This document shows positions 31,584-40,992 of a DNA stretch of 64,000 bases, in pieces. Both the position numbers and the translations under genes were made by a program. Positions within the stretch are counted from its first letter, which is position 1. Each line of letters starts with the position of its first letter. The stretch comes from a virus. The stretch lies in IMG/VR virus record IMGVR_UViG_3300045921_000803, positions 2,893-66,892 of that record; one strand, 5' to 3'. The notes under the pieces are model-generated. The model saw only the letters and a program-made list of their open reading frames with translations. It did not search any database and had not been told where the DNA came from.

Positions 31584-33976
31584 TACTTATTGCCTCCAAA
31601 CCTAGGCTGCTCTGAGTCAGCAGGAGGAGCAGCCTTTTCTGGAGTTCCTACAAAAGAACTGTTGAGTGTGCTGATCGCCGTGCTAAGCATGCCCTTATCA
31701 ACATCTTCTCCTTTATATGCCCTGGCTATTATGGAGGCGGATTCTCGTATGGCAGTATTGAATTCTGAAAGACCACTAATTACTATACCCACCTCTTTTT
31801 GGAAAGACCCAACAACAGATACTGCGGAGATGTCCTCCTCCGCTTTCTGAGCTTTTAGTTTTTCCCCTGCTGTATCCGGAACACCTCCGGTAGCCATGCT
31901 CATCAGATCTTTTGCTTCCTGTTCCGATCTTTTCTCGTCAGGAGATAGTTCTAAGCCAGCTATGCCTTTTACGAGCGCTTTTCTCTGCTCAGCAGACATC
32001 TTCGCTACAGCATCACCCTGAGGTCCAGAATACATACCTGCTATTATGTCGGAGGAAAGTCTGTTGTATTCATCGCTGTTCGGATCTAGACCTTTTATCT
32101 GCTCCACCTTACTAGCGATGTCACCCCTTGTAACCATAGCAGGCTTCTTGATTTTTTCTATCAGCTCTTCTGGGCTGGAGATTCCTGCCTTTTTCATGAT
32201 GTTCATCATGAAAGGATCTCCTGACTTAGCGTTTGAAAGAATCTGCTCCTCGGTCATTCCCAGAAGTAGATTCTTCTCGTCGATACTTAAAAGTCTTAGC
32301 TTAGGGTCTCTATTTATTGCCGCAGCCTGGAGTGCTCCTCTGATTCCTCCAGAAGCCCCAGAAAGCTGATTCATAAAATTAGACGCGACAGCCGCACCCC
32401 TCATCTGAGACATACTACCGCCTGTCATAAAACCAGAGAAGCGTCCCATCAGCGCCTGCTGCGACCCCACGCTTGTTGCGTCGTTTCGCTGGAACATATC
32501 AAGCATATTTTCTGTGAATACGTTCCTTTCCTGCCTATCCATACCACTGAACTGTGAACCCATGTTCTGTATATTAAGTAGAGCTTGAGCGCTATCTCCG
32601 CCGCCTCCCAATAAAGATGAAAGCCTTCCGTAGGCTCTGGCAGCGTTTGACAAACCTAAATTTCTTTCCAATCTTTGGGAGGTCAAGATTCCGCCGATAT
32701 CTGTCATGGCACCGGTAGACCCTCCAGCAGAGGCTATGGCTCCCATGGCCCTTCTTGTATCGTCAAACTGGAATCCAGATCTGGCGTTTATTAGAAGCAT
32801 CCTCTCCATCTCTCTGTCGCTCATGCCGGTAGCTCTCTGAAGTGGAAGATTCTTCATCGTATCTTCTTGAAATCTCTGAAATGCAAAATTCTTTAAGCCT
32901 GAAGCCCGCTTTAAGGATTCGTAGTTTTCTTCTACTGCAGCTACCCTTCTTGCTTCCATCTGGGCATCATATTTACCGGTTAGCCGGTCAAGACCCTGAT
33001 CGTATATTTCCGATGCTCCCCACACACCCGCACCGATGATGCCTGTCTTTGCAAGCAGACCTGCGCTTGCCAGAGCTGCGGGCGCTAATCCTAGGGTCAG
33101 TGCCCCGGCGGCTATGACTCCTATAGTCGCAGCCCCAAGCTTGATAAGATCGTTACGCCTGGTTGTCCGTATCTCTTCAGCCGCCATCTTTATCGCCCTA
33201 CTTCTTTCCCCTGAGAAGGCAAGAGCATCTAAGGAGCCTCCGGTAAGAGACTGCAGGACAGGGGACGCTGCGCTTTGCATAGCACTGCCCTGTGCCGAAA
33301 GTATATTTCTAGGAGCTTCCGCAAATCTTTGTGATATGTCTGCGACGGTTCCCATACCTGCAGCCAAGAGAGATCCGACGCCGCCAGCAAGTGCTAGTGG
33401 GTTGGCCGCAGCAAAAGCTCCTAATCCTCTACCGACGGCTGTTCCAGCAGCCCCCATCTGACCTAAAAGACCAGCTCCTCCTTGACGAGCACCCATAGCT
33501 GCCATACCAGCCCTCTGGGCGATTCCAAAGAAACCTCCTTCTCCATTAAATCCAGGTGTTCTGATCCTGTTGGAGGCATCTATAGCAAGTTCTCGTGAGG
33601 CCTTTAGCTTTTCCTGGCTTGTAAGTATCTGCTTGTCAATTTCCAGGGTGTCTTTTCCTAGCTTCAACAGCTCTTTTTTCTTCAGAATTTGCTTGTCCAG
33701 CTCCTTGTTTATAAGATCCTGCTGTTTTTGCTGGTCCCTTATAAAGGAAAGTAGCTGCTGTCTTTCCCTCATCTCACCCTGATAGTTTCTAGTCTTCTCG
33801 GCCTCGGTTACAGGCCCTCCGATCCCTACACGACTGCTTGCTATTCGGGACTCGAACTGTGTCCTAGACTGGTCGGATGTTTGATAAATTTTCTGCAGCT
33901 TCTGCTGCATGCCTTCCATCGCCCTGTCGAATTCTTTGGTATCGATTGCTGCAGAAAAACGAATCTCTTTTTTCAT
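31583..33976 (-). CDS. tape measure protein
   Basis: 797 aa, Ala/Gly/Met-rich helical with hydrophobic segments, upstream of hub. Confidence 0.75.
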   Translation of the reverse strand: MKKEIRFSAAIDTKEFDRAMEGMQQKLQKIYQTSDQSRTQFESRIASSRVGIGGPVTEAEKTRNYQGEMRERQQLLSFIRDQQKQQDLINKELDKQILKKKELLKLGKDTLEIDKQILTSQEKLKASRELAIDASNRIRTPGFNGEGGFFGIAQRAGMAAMGARQGGAGLLGQMGAAGTAVGRGLGAFAAANPLALAGGVGSLLAAGMGTVADISQRFAEAPRNILSAQGSAMQSAASPVLQSLTGGSLDALAFSGERSRAIKMAAEEIRTTRRNDLIKLGAATIGVIAAGALTLGLAPAALASAGLLAKTGIIGAGVWGASEIYDQGLDRLTGKYDAQMEARRVAAVEENYESLKRASGLKNFAFQRFQEDTMKNLPLQRATGMSDREMERMLLINARSGFQFDDTRRAMGAIASAGGSTGAMTDIGGILTSQRLERNLGLSNAARAYGRLSSLLGGGGDSAQALLNIQNMGSQFSGMDRQERNVFTENMLDMFQRNDATSVGSQQALMGRFSGFMTGGSMSQMRGAAVASNFMNQLSGASGGIRGALQAAAINRDPKLRLLSIDEKNLLLGMTEEQILSNAKSGDPFMMNIMKKAGISSPEELIEKIKKPAMVTRGDIASKVEQIKGLDPNSDEYNRLSSDIIAGMYSGPQGDAVAKMSAEQRKALVKGIAGLELSPDEKRSEQEAKDLMSMATGGVPDTAGEKLKAQKAEEDISAVSVVGSFQKEVGIVISGLSEFNTAIRESASIIARAYKGEDVDKGMLSTAISTLNSSFVGTPEKAAPPADSEQPRFGGNK

Positions 33977-34050
33977 AAAACCTTAATAATAACAAATATT
34001 TGCATTCATCAAAGCCAAAATTCTTAAAATAATACGCTCAGATGTAATAT

Positions 34051-34063
34051 ATGAAAGATTGTC
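34051..34063 (-). promoter_or_regulatory. AATCTT motif, candidate late promoter for tail operon
   Basis: gacAATCTTtcat upstream of the tape measure gene. Confidence 0.6.
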
Positions 34064-34139
34064 CTGATATCATTATTTTTATAGTATCATGTTGACAACA
34101 ATCAGTGCCTATGTAAAACTGACAAAAAAGGGGGCTCAG

Positions 34140-34349
34140 GTGGACAAGGAAAAGCTTAGGTTTGAGATAAAAAGGAAAAGGTTTATGCTTTATCTGACAG
34201 AAAGGCTCATAAAGACGCCTCCCGACGAAATCTCTAAAACCATGAGCGCTCAGGCCGAAAAAATCAGGGACGAGATAGAAAACATGTCTAAGTTATTAAA
34301 ACAAAAACCCAATAAAACCAATAAGTTAAAAAAGAGGAGTAGAAAATGA
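34140..34349 (+). CDS. hypothetical protein
   Basis: GTG start after G-rich RBS; TTGACA at 34092 upstream. Confidence 0.5.
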   Translation: MDKEKLRFEIKRKRFMLYLTERLIKTPPDEISKTMSAQAEKIRDEIENMSKLLKQKPNKTNKLKKRSRK

Positions 34350-34660
34350 TGATGTTCTTAATATTTATGATCGGTTTAGCGTTAGGGTATGTAATTACTA
34401 CAAAAGTTTTAAACAAAAAGGCTTCAGAAGAAGGCAAAAACGCCTACCATGCAGGTTTTGAGGCTGGCATCGAAAAGGGAAAAGCCGATCTTATAGCCGC
34501 AGCAGAGGCTTTTCAGCAAAAAAGCGATGAAGAGCTAACAAAGCTGCTGGATAAAAGCGAGCCGTTAAGTTACAAAATTTCTATGGAGACTGATGAACCC
34601 AAAGCCAAGAAGAGTGCTCCCAAGAAGGTTGCTAAAAAAGGCAAGCGCAAGAAAAGATAG
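34346..34660 (+). CDS. membrane-anchored protein with Lys-rich tail
   Basis: N-terminal TM; GAGGAG RBS. Confidence 0.65.
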   Translation: MMMFLIFMIGLALGYVITTKVLNKKASEEGKNAYHAGFEAGIEKGKADLIAAAEAFQQKSDEELTKLLDKSEPLSYKISMETDEPKAKKSAPKKVAKKGKRKKR

Positions 34661-34665
34661 ACGAG

Positions 34666-34989
34666 GTGGCTATGAGTACTTTACCAGGTGGTAAGAAAAA
34701 TAAGATAGTCTATCCTGACGGCAGTTTTGGAGATGTGCCGTCTGATGGTACTGTGTTTATAGATCCTTACAGGCTAGGTGAAAGCTATCAGTGGGATGGA
34801 TACCTAAACGAATGGCTAGATGCGAAGGGCGATGTGTTTAAGCCCATCGCCAACTTGTCTGTGGGATTTGATGCTATGGTTATTCCTGAAGAACCCACTC
34901 CCGTGCGCGAACCCAGATGTACTTGTGGGGCATACTCTATAGGTACAGATAGACACTATACCTGGTGCGATTCAAAAGGGAAGCAATAA
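34666..34989 (+). CDS. hypothetical protein with C-terminal CxC...H...C motif
   Basis: RCTCGA...HYTWC. Confidence 0.6.
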   Translation: MAMSTLPGGKKNKIVYPDGSFGDVPSDGTVFIDPYRLGESYQWDGYLNEWLDAKGDVFKPIANLSVGFDAMVIPEEPTPVREPRCTCGAYSIGTDRHYTWCDSKGKQ

Positions 34990-35300
34990 TGCTTAAGAAT
35001 TTTTTAACAAGTGTTTTTAAAACAATGCCTTCGGTATCTACCGTGATGATATTGACGGGTTTCCTGTTTACGAAGAATGTAGGGATCTTATCAGCAGCCA
35101 TGTTTTATCTAGGGGGCATGTTTGGCTTTCTCTCCCAGCTAGACAAAGAAAGGGAAGATATCATAAAAGGGTTGGTGGTTTGGTCCATACTCTCTGTGCC
35201 AATGCTGGACTATTTTTGGGCGATAAACTATAATTATCTATTAATATTCTTTATGGTGCTAAGTATGGGACTTTCTCTTTTACAGAAGGCAGGACGATGA
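34989..35300 (+). CDS. multi-pass membrane protein
   Basis: hydrophobic helices; TAATG coupling. Confidence 0.6.
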   Translation: MLKNFLTSVFKTMPSVSTVMILTGFLFTKNVGILSAAMFYLGGMFGFLSQLDKEREDIIKGLVVWSILSVPMLDYFWAINYNYLLIFFMVLSMGLSLLQKAGR

Positions 35301-35533
35301 AAACAGGAAGCGGATACTATGAAGTGTATGCGGTGATCGAAAAACTCCCCTGGGTTTTCGAGCCACGGATTCTTTTTTATGCAGAGACTGAGAAGGAGGC
35401 TAGCATGGAGGTTAGCAGACTTAATGGCGCCCCTGATTCTCAGTCTACTTTTTACGTTGCTAAGGTGGTTGTTAGCAACCACATCTCATATCCCCCGAAA
35501 TACGTAGGCAAAATCATCATAGGAACATATTGA
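35297..35533 (+). CDS. hypothetical protein
   Basis: ATGA coupling. Confidence 0.55.
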   Translation: MKTGSGYYEVYAVIEKLPWVFEPRILFYAETEKEASMEVSRLNGAPDSQSTFYVAKVVVSNHISYPPKYVGKIIIGTY

Positions 35534-35910
35534 TGGGTGTCAACAGTGTGGTTCTTTCAGGTTTGGTTGGAGTCATGTGCCAAAACTTTGGCGACAATCC
35601 CTTTGACCAAAATATCATAAACTACGAAAGAGCCTGCACATCGGCAATAGAAGCCTCTACCCGCCAGGCAGGTGTGTACGATAGGATAAGAAGCTGGGAA
35701 AAAAGACAGTTGAAGAGTACGGAGAAAGCGCTGAAGAATTATCTGGGACTCAAAACTCTTGAGATAAGCGCAACATCCCTCCTGATAGCCAATGTGCTCA
35801 TGGGAGGAAGGGCTTCGATAAGACTAGGCAAGGGGCCTCTGGATGGTAATTATTACACACAGCTAGGAGGCGGCGGAGATGTCTTTCTCGGAGTTGGATG
35901 GGACTTTTAA
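35533..35910 (+). CDS. putative exported protein with beta-signal-like C-terminus
   Basis: hydrophobic N-terminus with Cys; ends VFLGVGWDF. Confidence 0.55.
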   Translation: MGVNSVVLSGLVGVMCQNFGDNPFDQNIINYERACTSAIEASTRQAGVYDRIRSWEKRQLKSTEKALKNYLGLKTLEISATSLLIANVLMGGRASIRLGKGPLDGNYYTQLGGGGDVFLGVGWDF

Positions 35911-36245
35911 TGGAAAATAGAGGCGGCAGATACCTAGAAGAGAGGGAGGCTGAGTTCGTAGATAATGCTGGATATCTGGTAAAGGTGACGATTGAGCCCA
36001 CAAGATCAACTACAAGGCTGCTTTACTTCTTAGGGCTAAAAAAGCCGCAACACGTTTCTTTAGAAATATACGACTATCAAAAAGACTCTACAGAATTCGT
36101 AGTTCTTTCAGAAACAAAAGAAAAAGGTCTGTATAATGGAATATTTGAAACCAGAAAAGGGACCAAGCTTGTCAGGGTTATTATGGATAGCAATTTCGAC
36201 GATGGATGGAAGGCTGAGATCTACATAGAGAGGCTTTTTAGCTGA
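35910..36245 (+). CDS. hypothetical protein
   Basis: TAATG coupling. Confidence 0.6.
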   Translation: MENRGGRYLEEREAEFVDNAGYLVKVTIEPTRSTTRLLYFLGLKKPQHVSLEIYDYQKDSTEFVVLSETKEKGLYNGIFETRKGTKLVRVIMDSNFDDGWKAEIYIERLFS

Positions 36246-36466
36246 TGGTTTTTTTATTGGCTTACCTATTCATTTCATCCGATGTTTCTTGTCCCGATAC
36301 AATTGTTATCAACGAGACTTCCGTATGGAATACCGTGGACAAAAGATCCCTAAGGTCGGCTAAAAGTCGGTGTGTGGTTTACTATCCGGAAAGCCCCTGT
36401 TTAAAAAAGTTTGTAAAAAAATCAGAAAGAACATACTGGGCCATATGCGGAGACTCCAAGGATTGA
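36245..36466 (+). CDS. small exported Cys-rich protein
   Basis: signal-like N-terminus, four Cys. Confidence 0.55.
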   Translation: MVFLLAYLFISSDVSCPDTIVINETSVWNTVDKRSLRSAKSRCVVYYPESPCLKKFVKKSERTYWAICGDSKD

Positions 36467-36475
36467 TGAAAATAT

Positions 36476-36640
36476 ATGGAAAACAACAGGTACGGGATCA
36501 AACAGAAAGTTGTCCTAACCATCGCCATAATTTTAATTCCAGGTGCCATACCAGCCATCTTGGCAGCCACAATATATAAGAATAGAAAAAAGATACTATC
36601 TTATTTTAAAAAAAATACAAAAGAAGAAGATGAGGTTTGA
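36476..36640 (+). CDS. small membrane protein (54 aa, not in ORF track)
   Basis: MENNRYGIKQKVVLTIAIILIPGAIPAILAATIYKNRKK... TM followed by basic tail. Confidence 0.5.
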   Translation: MENNRYGIKQKVVLTIAIILIPGAIPAILAATIYKNRKKILSYFKKNTKEEDEV

Positions 36641-36664
36641 CGTTTACAGGATTGGTGATAATAT
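36637..36664 (+). promoter_or_regulatory. sigma70-like promoter
   Basis: TTGACG-16-TAATAT with extended TG. Confidence 0.6.
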
Positions 36665-36669
36665 GAATA

Positions 36670-36755
36670 CACCTCCCTTTCGTTGCTTGTGATCCGTCGT
36701 GTAGTAACAAGCTAGATGGGGTCTGGAAGATCGTTTCCAGGCCCCATTGATTTTT
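36670..36755 (+). ncRNA. candidate small RNA or leader with anti-Shine-Dalgarno 5' end and intrinsic terminator
   Basis: starts CACCTCCCTTT; GCTTGT/ACAAGC stem; 13-bp stem ATGGGGTCTGGAA/TTCCAGGCCCCAT followed by TGATTTTT. Confidence 0.5.
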
Positions 36756-36771
36756 GGAGGTAGGAGTTTTC

Positions 36772-37593
36772 ATGTCGAAAAAAAGAATAGACAGAGTCAT
36801 GGAAAATGCCCTTATAAAACGCAAGCTAGAAATATATAGCATGGAACTCGATCGATGGAACTTTGGCTCCATGGTGGATGGTGTGTGGGTAGATGACCAG
36901 AAACCAAAAGCGGACGGCACCTATGACAAGATGGGTTTAGATAGTTCTGATGTGTGCGCATACTGGAAAACGTACTGGTGGAAGCCACATATGTGGAAAG
37001 ATTTTATATCTTCGTTCGGGCCTTATTTTTCCAACATAAAAGAATTCGTGATAGAAGGATTCTTTACAAACCTGATAAAAAGGCCTAAATATCTTTTAAG
37101 ACTGATAAAAAACTGGGTTATCGAAGATTCGCCATTTGCTATAGATAGGAGTGGATGGGTGTGGGTTTGTGATTCAAGAACACGTGTTATACAATCACAC
37201 GCATATGAAATGGCTCAAAAGATGGTTGCTGTTGAGAAGGGATATAAGGATTACTACGACTACTTTGAGAAGACTGGTCACCTTTATGATAGTGAGGCAG
37301 AGAAAGAAAAGATAGACAGTCTAGCAAAAAAACTGATAGGTGCAAATCCAAATTTGGTTTTTGAAGATTTTTTAGATGAGCATGATTACAGACCTGCGGC
37401 ACCTTACCTGTGGCTTAACAAAGCAGACATCACATGCTTTGTCATAGATGAGAAGGTAGCACCTTTTGACATGAGGGATGGATGGTCTAGTGCTGGCCTT
37501 TGCAAGCCCATAGCGGCATGGGTAAAAGTGGCCTACGGCATAGATATCGATGTTGTTTATAAGGCCGAAAAGAAAGAAGACGACCATGACTAA
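36772..37593 (+). CDS. hypothetical protein (Trp-rich)
   Basis: long ORF; GGAGGTAGGAG RBS. Confidence 0.7.
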   Translation: MSKKRIDRVMENALIKRKLEIYSMELDRWNFGSMVDGVWVDDQKPKADGTYDKMGLDSSDVCAYWKTYWWKPHMWKDFISSFGPYFSNIKEFVIEGFFTNLIKRPKYLLRLIKNWVIEDSPFAIDRSGWVWVCDSRTRVIQSHAYEMAQKMVAVEKGYKDYYDYFEKTGHLYDSEAEKEKIDSLAKKLIGANPNLVFEDFLDEHDYRPAAPYLWLNKADITCFVIDEKVAPFDMRDGWSSAGLCKPIAAWVKVAYGIDIDVVYKAEKKEDDHD

Positions 37594-38449
37594 GCTAAGG
37601 TTGGTGAAAAACTTTGTCATAAAGAATGCAGACATGAAAAACCCCAACTGGGCAGGGATAGTGATAGAGTCGTTTAAAGAAACTGGTTTCGCCGTTATAA
37701 GGAATCACGGGATACCTGTAAACATGATCGATGCAGCCTATACACAGTGGGCAGATTTTTTTCGTACAGAAAACAAGTTCAGGTATCAGGCAAAAGACAA
37801 CGGTAACGGATACTTCCCCGTAGGAACAGAAAATGCCAAGGGTTATTCTGTAAAGGATGTGAAAGAATTCTATCATCTGTTCTACCCTTTTGATCGGGTC
37901 CCGTTGGGGATAAGCATCACCACCATGCAGTCCCTATCATACAAATTGATGGAGATAGCAAGGCAGATCCTGTTTGTGCTGCAATCAGAGATACCGAAAG
38001 ATCTTGCCAAGGTTCAGGGAGAGAGTCTCCACCACATGGTGAAAAGCTCCTCGTCTACATTGCTAAGGATACTACACTACCCACCACTACCGGACGATAT
38101 AGAAAAGGGTGCGGTAAGGGCTGCGCCTCATGAGGATATCAACCTGATAACCCTTCTCATAGCCGCAACGCAACCAGGCTTGCAGGTGATGGGTCTTGAT
38201 GGCCAGTGGCAGGATATCGATTGTGAGCCCGGTTCCATAGTCGTAAACGTAGGAGACATGCTACAAAAAGCTACGAACGGACTACTTAAGAGTACGCCCC
38301 ACAGGGTTGTTAACCCTACAGGCCCTAACGTTTCAAGGTATTCTATGCCTCTTTTCGTACACCCTAGGAACGAATGCGTTATTTCGGAAAATTTGACGGC
38401 AGGTCAGTATCTAGAAGAAAGGCTTTTGGAGATTGGATTAAAAAAATGA
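37586..38449 (+). CDS. 2OG-Fe(II) oxygenase, isopenicillin N synthase-like family
   Basis: GFAVIRNHG, LRILHYPP, HED (HxD), STPHRV and RYSMP motifs. Confidence 0.9.
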   Translation: MTKLRLVKNFVIKNADMKNPNWAGIVIESFKETGFAVIRNHGIPVNMIDAAYTQWADFFRTENKFRYQAKDNGNGYFPVGTENAKGYSVKDVKEFYHLFYPFDRVPLGISITTMQSLSYKLMEIARQILFVLQSEIPKDLAKVQGESLHHMVKSSSSTLLRILHYPPLPDDIEKGAVRAAPHEDINLITLLIAATQPGLQVMGLDGQWQDIDCEPGSIVVNVGDMLQKATNGLLKSTPHRVVNPTGPNVSRYSMPLFVHPRNECVISENLTAGQYLEERLLEIGLKK

Positions 38450-38829
38450 GCTATCAGCCAAAAACAGGAAAACAGGAAGATCTTGAGAATATGGTGTCGA
38501 AAAGAATAGATGAGATGCTAGGATCTATAAAGTCCGTCTCCACCATGTATGTAGAACCAGGTGATGTTGTCGTTGTTAAGGTGAGTGATAGGGTCAACGA
38601 CCAGGAAGCTTCAAAGCTTCAGCAGATTTTAGGCTCAGTATTCAATAAGAATAAAGGTGTATTCCTTGCCGAAGATATCGACATCTCGATCGTAAAGCGT
38701 GGCGAGATCGTAGAAGATGTCGAGAAAACCATGCTTAGGGAACAGGTCGCAGATCTTGAGAGGCGTCTACGTATAATCGAAGCCAAGCTCGAATCTAGCG
38801 CAAAAGACACAGGTTTCGTCTCAGAATAA
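38446..38829 (+). CDS. hypothetical protein with C-terminal coiled coil
   Basis: ATGA coupling. Confidence 0.6.
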   Translation: MSYQPKTGKQEDLENMVSKRIDEMLGSIKSVSTMYVEPGDVVVVKVSDRVNDQEASKLQQILGSVFNKNKGVFLAEDIDISIVKRGEIVEDVEKTMLREQVADLERRLRIIEAKLESSAKDTGFVSE

Positions 38830-38858
38830 GACATTATAAAATATTTACAATAAATAAT

Positions 38859-38887
38859 TGGACAACAAAACCACTTCGTGACATACT
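38859..38887 (+). promoter_or_regulatory. sigma70-like promoter
   Basis: TGGACA-17-CATACT with extended TG; AGGAGG RBS follows. Confidence 0.6.
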
Positions 38888-38910
38888 GATCTCAACCAAT
38901 AGGAGGTTTT

Positions 38911-39870
38911 ATGAGTCACGAGGTAGAAAAGATGATGTTTGTAGGTGAGGTTCCCTGGCATAGTTTGGGACACAGATTCTCCCACGCACCAAGCTTAGAA
39001 GAAGCCCTTGTCGCCGCTGGACTTAACTGGAAAGTCACCACTGAGCCAGTTTTCTCAGGATTAGGAGAAAAAGTCGAAGCTCAGCTAACTCGTCGCGACA
39101 GCGATCAATCCATCCTAGGTGTCGTGGGTCCTAAGTATGTTCCACTTCAGAATAGCGAAGCTTTTGAATTCTTCAGACCATTCATCGAACAAAAAGAAGC
39201 ATCCATCGAAACAGCAGGAAGCCTTCGAATGGGTAAGCGAGTGTGGGTTTTGGCAAAGATCAACCGTGACCCGCTTGTAGTAAAAGGCAATGACATCGTT
39301 GACAAGTATGTACTTGTTTCAAACAGTCACGATGGAACACTAGCAGTTCGAGTGGGCTTCACTCCCGTTCGTGTGGTGTGCAATAATACGCTAACCCTAG
39401 CCATCAACTCAGAAGCATCTAAGCTTATCCGGATCAAACACACCAAAAACGTGGTCGACAACATGAACAATATCCGAGACATCATGAACCTTGCAGATTC
39501 TGAGTTTGAAGCTACTGCTGAGCAGTATAGACTCCTAGCCTCAAAAAACATCAACAGCAAAGACCTAGAAAAGTACGTAAAGCTTGTGTTCAATACATCA
39601 AAGCGCATCATCGAGGCTGAAGGAAATCTAGAAGATATCAACAACAAGCGCATCATCGAGCAGATCGAGCCACTTTTTGTGTCTGGAATCGGAAACGATA
39701 TGCCAGAGATCAAAGGAACAATGTGGGCAGCATACAACGCAATCACTGAGTTCTTACAGTATAAAAGAGGCGAAGATCAAGCTAGCCGACTAGACAGTTT
39801 GTGGTTTGGTCAAGGTGCAACACTAAACAAGAAAGCTCTTGAAACCGCTATCGTAATGGCGGCTTCGTAA
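38911..39870 (+). CDS. DUF932/DUF945-family phage-plasmid protein
   Basis: PWHSLG, ETAGSL, NSHDG, TPVRVVCNNT and GTMWAAYNAITE motifs. Confidence 0.85.
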   Translation: MSHEVEKMMFVGEVPWHSLGHRFSHAPSLEEALVAAGLNWKVTTEPVFSGLGEKVEAQLTRRDSDQSILGVVGPKYVPLQNSEAFEFFRPFIEQKEASIETAGSLRMGKRVWVLAKINRDPLVVKGNDIVDKYVLVSNSHDGTLAVRVGFTPVRVVCNNTLTLAINSEASKLIRIKHTKNVVDNMNNIRDIMNLADSEFEATAEQYRLLASKNINSKDLEKYVKLVFNTSKRIIEAEGNLEDINNKRIIEQIEPLFVSGIGNDMPEIKGTMWAAYNAITEFLQYKRGEDQASRLDSLWFGQGATLNKKALETAIVMAAS

Positions 39871-39877
39871 AAATTAC

Positions 39878-39908
39878 AAAGGGGTTGACTAAAAACAACC
39901 CCTTTTTT
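39878..39908 (+). terminator. intrinsic terminator overlapping a sigma70-like promoter
   Basis: AAAGGGGTTG/CAACCCCTTT stem plus T-run; TTGACT(39885)-17-TACAAT(39908) embedded. Confidence 0.65.
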
Positions 39909-39942
39909 ACAATGTAAAAAATAACCAACCTGAGGAGGGTGT

Positions 39943-40179
39943 GTGTCGAACCAAGAACAAGTGCTACCGGTAGGAAACCAGACGTTATCAGCAGAAAAAG
40001 TCGAAGCTGCGGTCACTGAAGCCGTAAAGTTTGAGATCAAGACCCTGTCTGATGTAGAGAAAGAGCATATCCTGTCAATTCTTAGCTACTTTGATGGCAA
40101 CAAAACAAAGACAGCCAGGGCTTTGGGTATCACTCTTAAGACTCTTTATAACAAGCTTCATCTGTACGGCAAAATGTAA
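39943..40179 (+). CDS. stand-alone Fis-type (HTH_8) DNA-binding protein
   Basis: [13 protein letters not shown]...[21 protein letters not shown], as in the C-terminal HTH of NtrC-family activators. Confidence 0.85.
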   Translation: MSNQEQVLPVGNQTLSAEKVEAAVTEAVKFEIKTLSDVEKEHILSILSYFDGNKTKTARALGITLKTLYNKLHLYGKM

Positions 40180-40195
40180 AACGGCGAAGTGATGG

Positions 40196-40753
40196 ATGGA
40201 CAACAGCAAAAAAGGTAAGACGTCAGATCTTCTTAAAGAAGGTAGATATGAGGAAGTATTAAAACTTCACAAACCCATGGTGACCAGCCTGGTAAGAAAG
40301 TTTAAATCCTACGCAGCAAACCTTGGTGTCGATGAGGACGATCTGACGCAGTGGGCTCTAATCGAGATGTACACATCCTGTAAAAGCTACAAACAAGATA
40401 CGGGCATGTCGTTCTCTTCATACGCATACAGAAATGTTCAAAGGACTCTGGTAAACAAGCTTAATGTGTCAAACAATCTAAAAACAGGAGATGTCGGCCT
40501 GGATAGTTGTCCGGTAGCTATATTACACCCTACGTGCGAGGAGGATATAGATCAGGCTCAGAAGATTTCTGAGATTATATCCTATGCGTTTGAATCTATA
40601 GAAAACGATGCACAGTGGGCTGCTTTTGTAGGTTTTATCGAGGATGAAAGCATTACCGACATAGCAAGAGCGATGGGTTGCTCGCAGCAATATTTGAGCT
40701 TCGCTCTCCATACGGTATTTTCAAACGTAAAACGTAAAGTGGGTGTCACATGA
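40196..40753 (+). CDS. sigma70-family RNA polymerase sigma factor
   Basis: region 2 (EDDLTQ...SFSSYAY) and region 4 HTH (ITDIARAMGCSQQY). Confidence 0.8.
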   Translation: MDNSKKGKTSDLLKEGRYEEVLKLHKPMVTSLVRKFKSYAANLGVDEDDLTQWALIEMYTSCKSYKQDTGMSFSSYAYRNVQRTLVNKLNVSNNLKTGDVGLDSCPVAILHPTCEEDIDQAQKISEIISYAFESIENDAQWAAFVGFIEDESITDIARAMGCSQQYLSFALHTVFSNVKRKVGVT

Positions 40754-40965
40754 CAAGAAAACAGGCCAACATGGAAATCCTGAGGATGATGGCCAACTAT
40801 ATCAATTCTAATCCGGACCTGCGTTTTGGACAGGCTTTAAGAGCGCTGGACATCACAAGATATGAGGAAGTTCTCAGCGGAAAGATCCCAAAATCAACCC
40901 CGTTCTACGAGGAGTCGACAGAAACCCTTAATAGGGTTATAAAGGCTTTGAAAGACAATCTTTAG
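40750..40965 (+). CDS. hypothetical protein
   Basis: PDLRFGQ...FYEES motif seen in small phage proteins. Confidence 0.65.
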   Translation: MTRKQANMEILRMMANYINSNPDLRFGQALRALDITRYEEVLSGKIPKSTPFYEESTETLNRVIKALKDNL

Positions 40966-40966
40966 T
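40954..40966 (+). promoter_or_regulatory. AATCTT motif, candidate late promoter
   Basis: gacAATCTTtagt 30 bp upstream of 40993. Confidence 0.5.
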
Positions 40967-40992
40967 ATGTAACTATTACATACGGAGATGGT

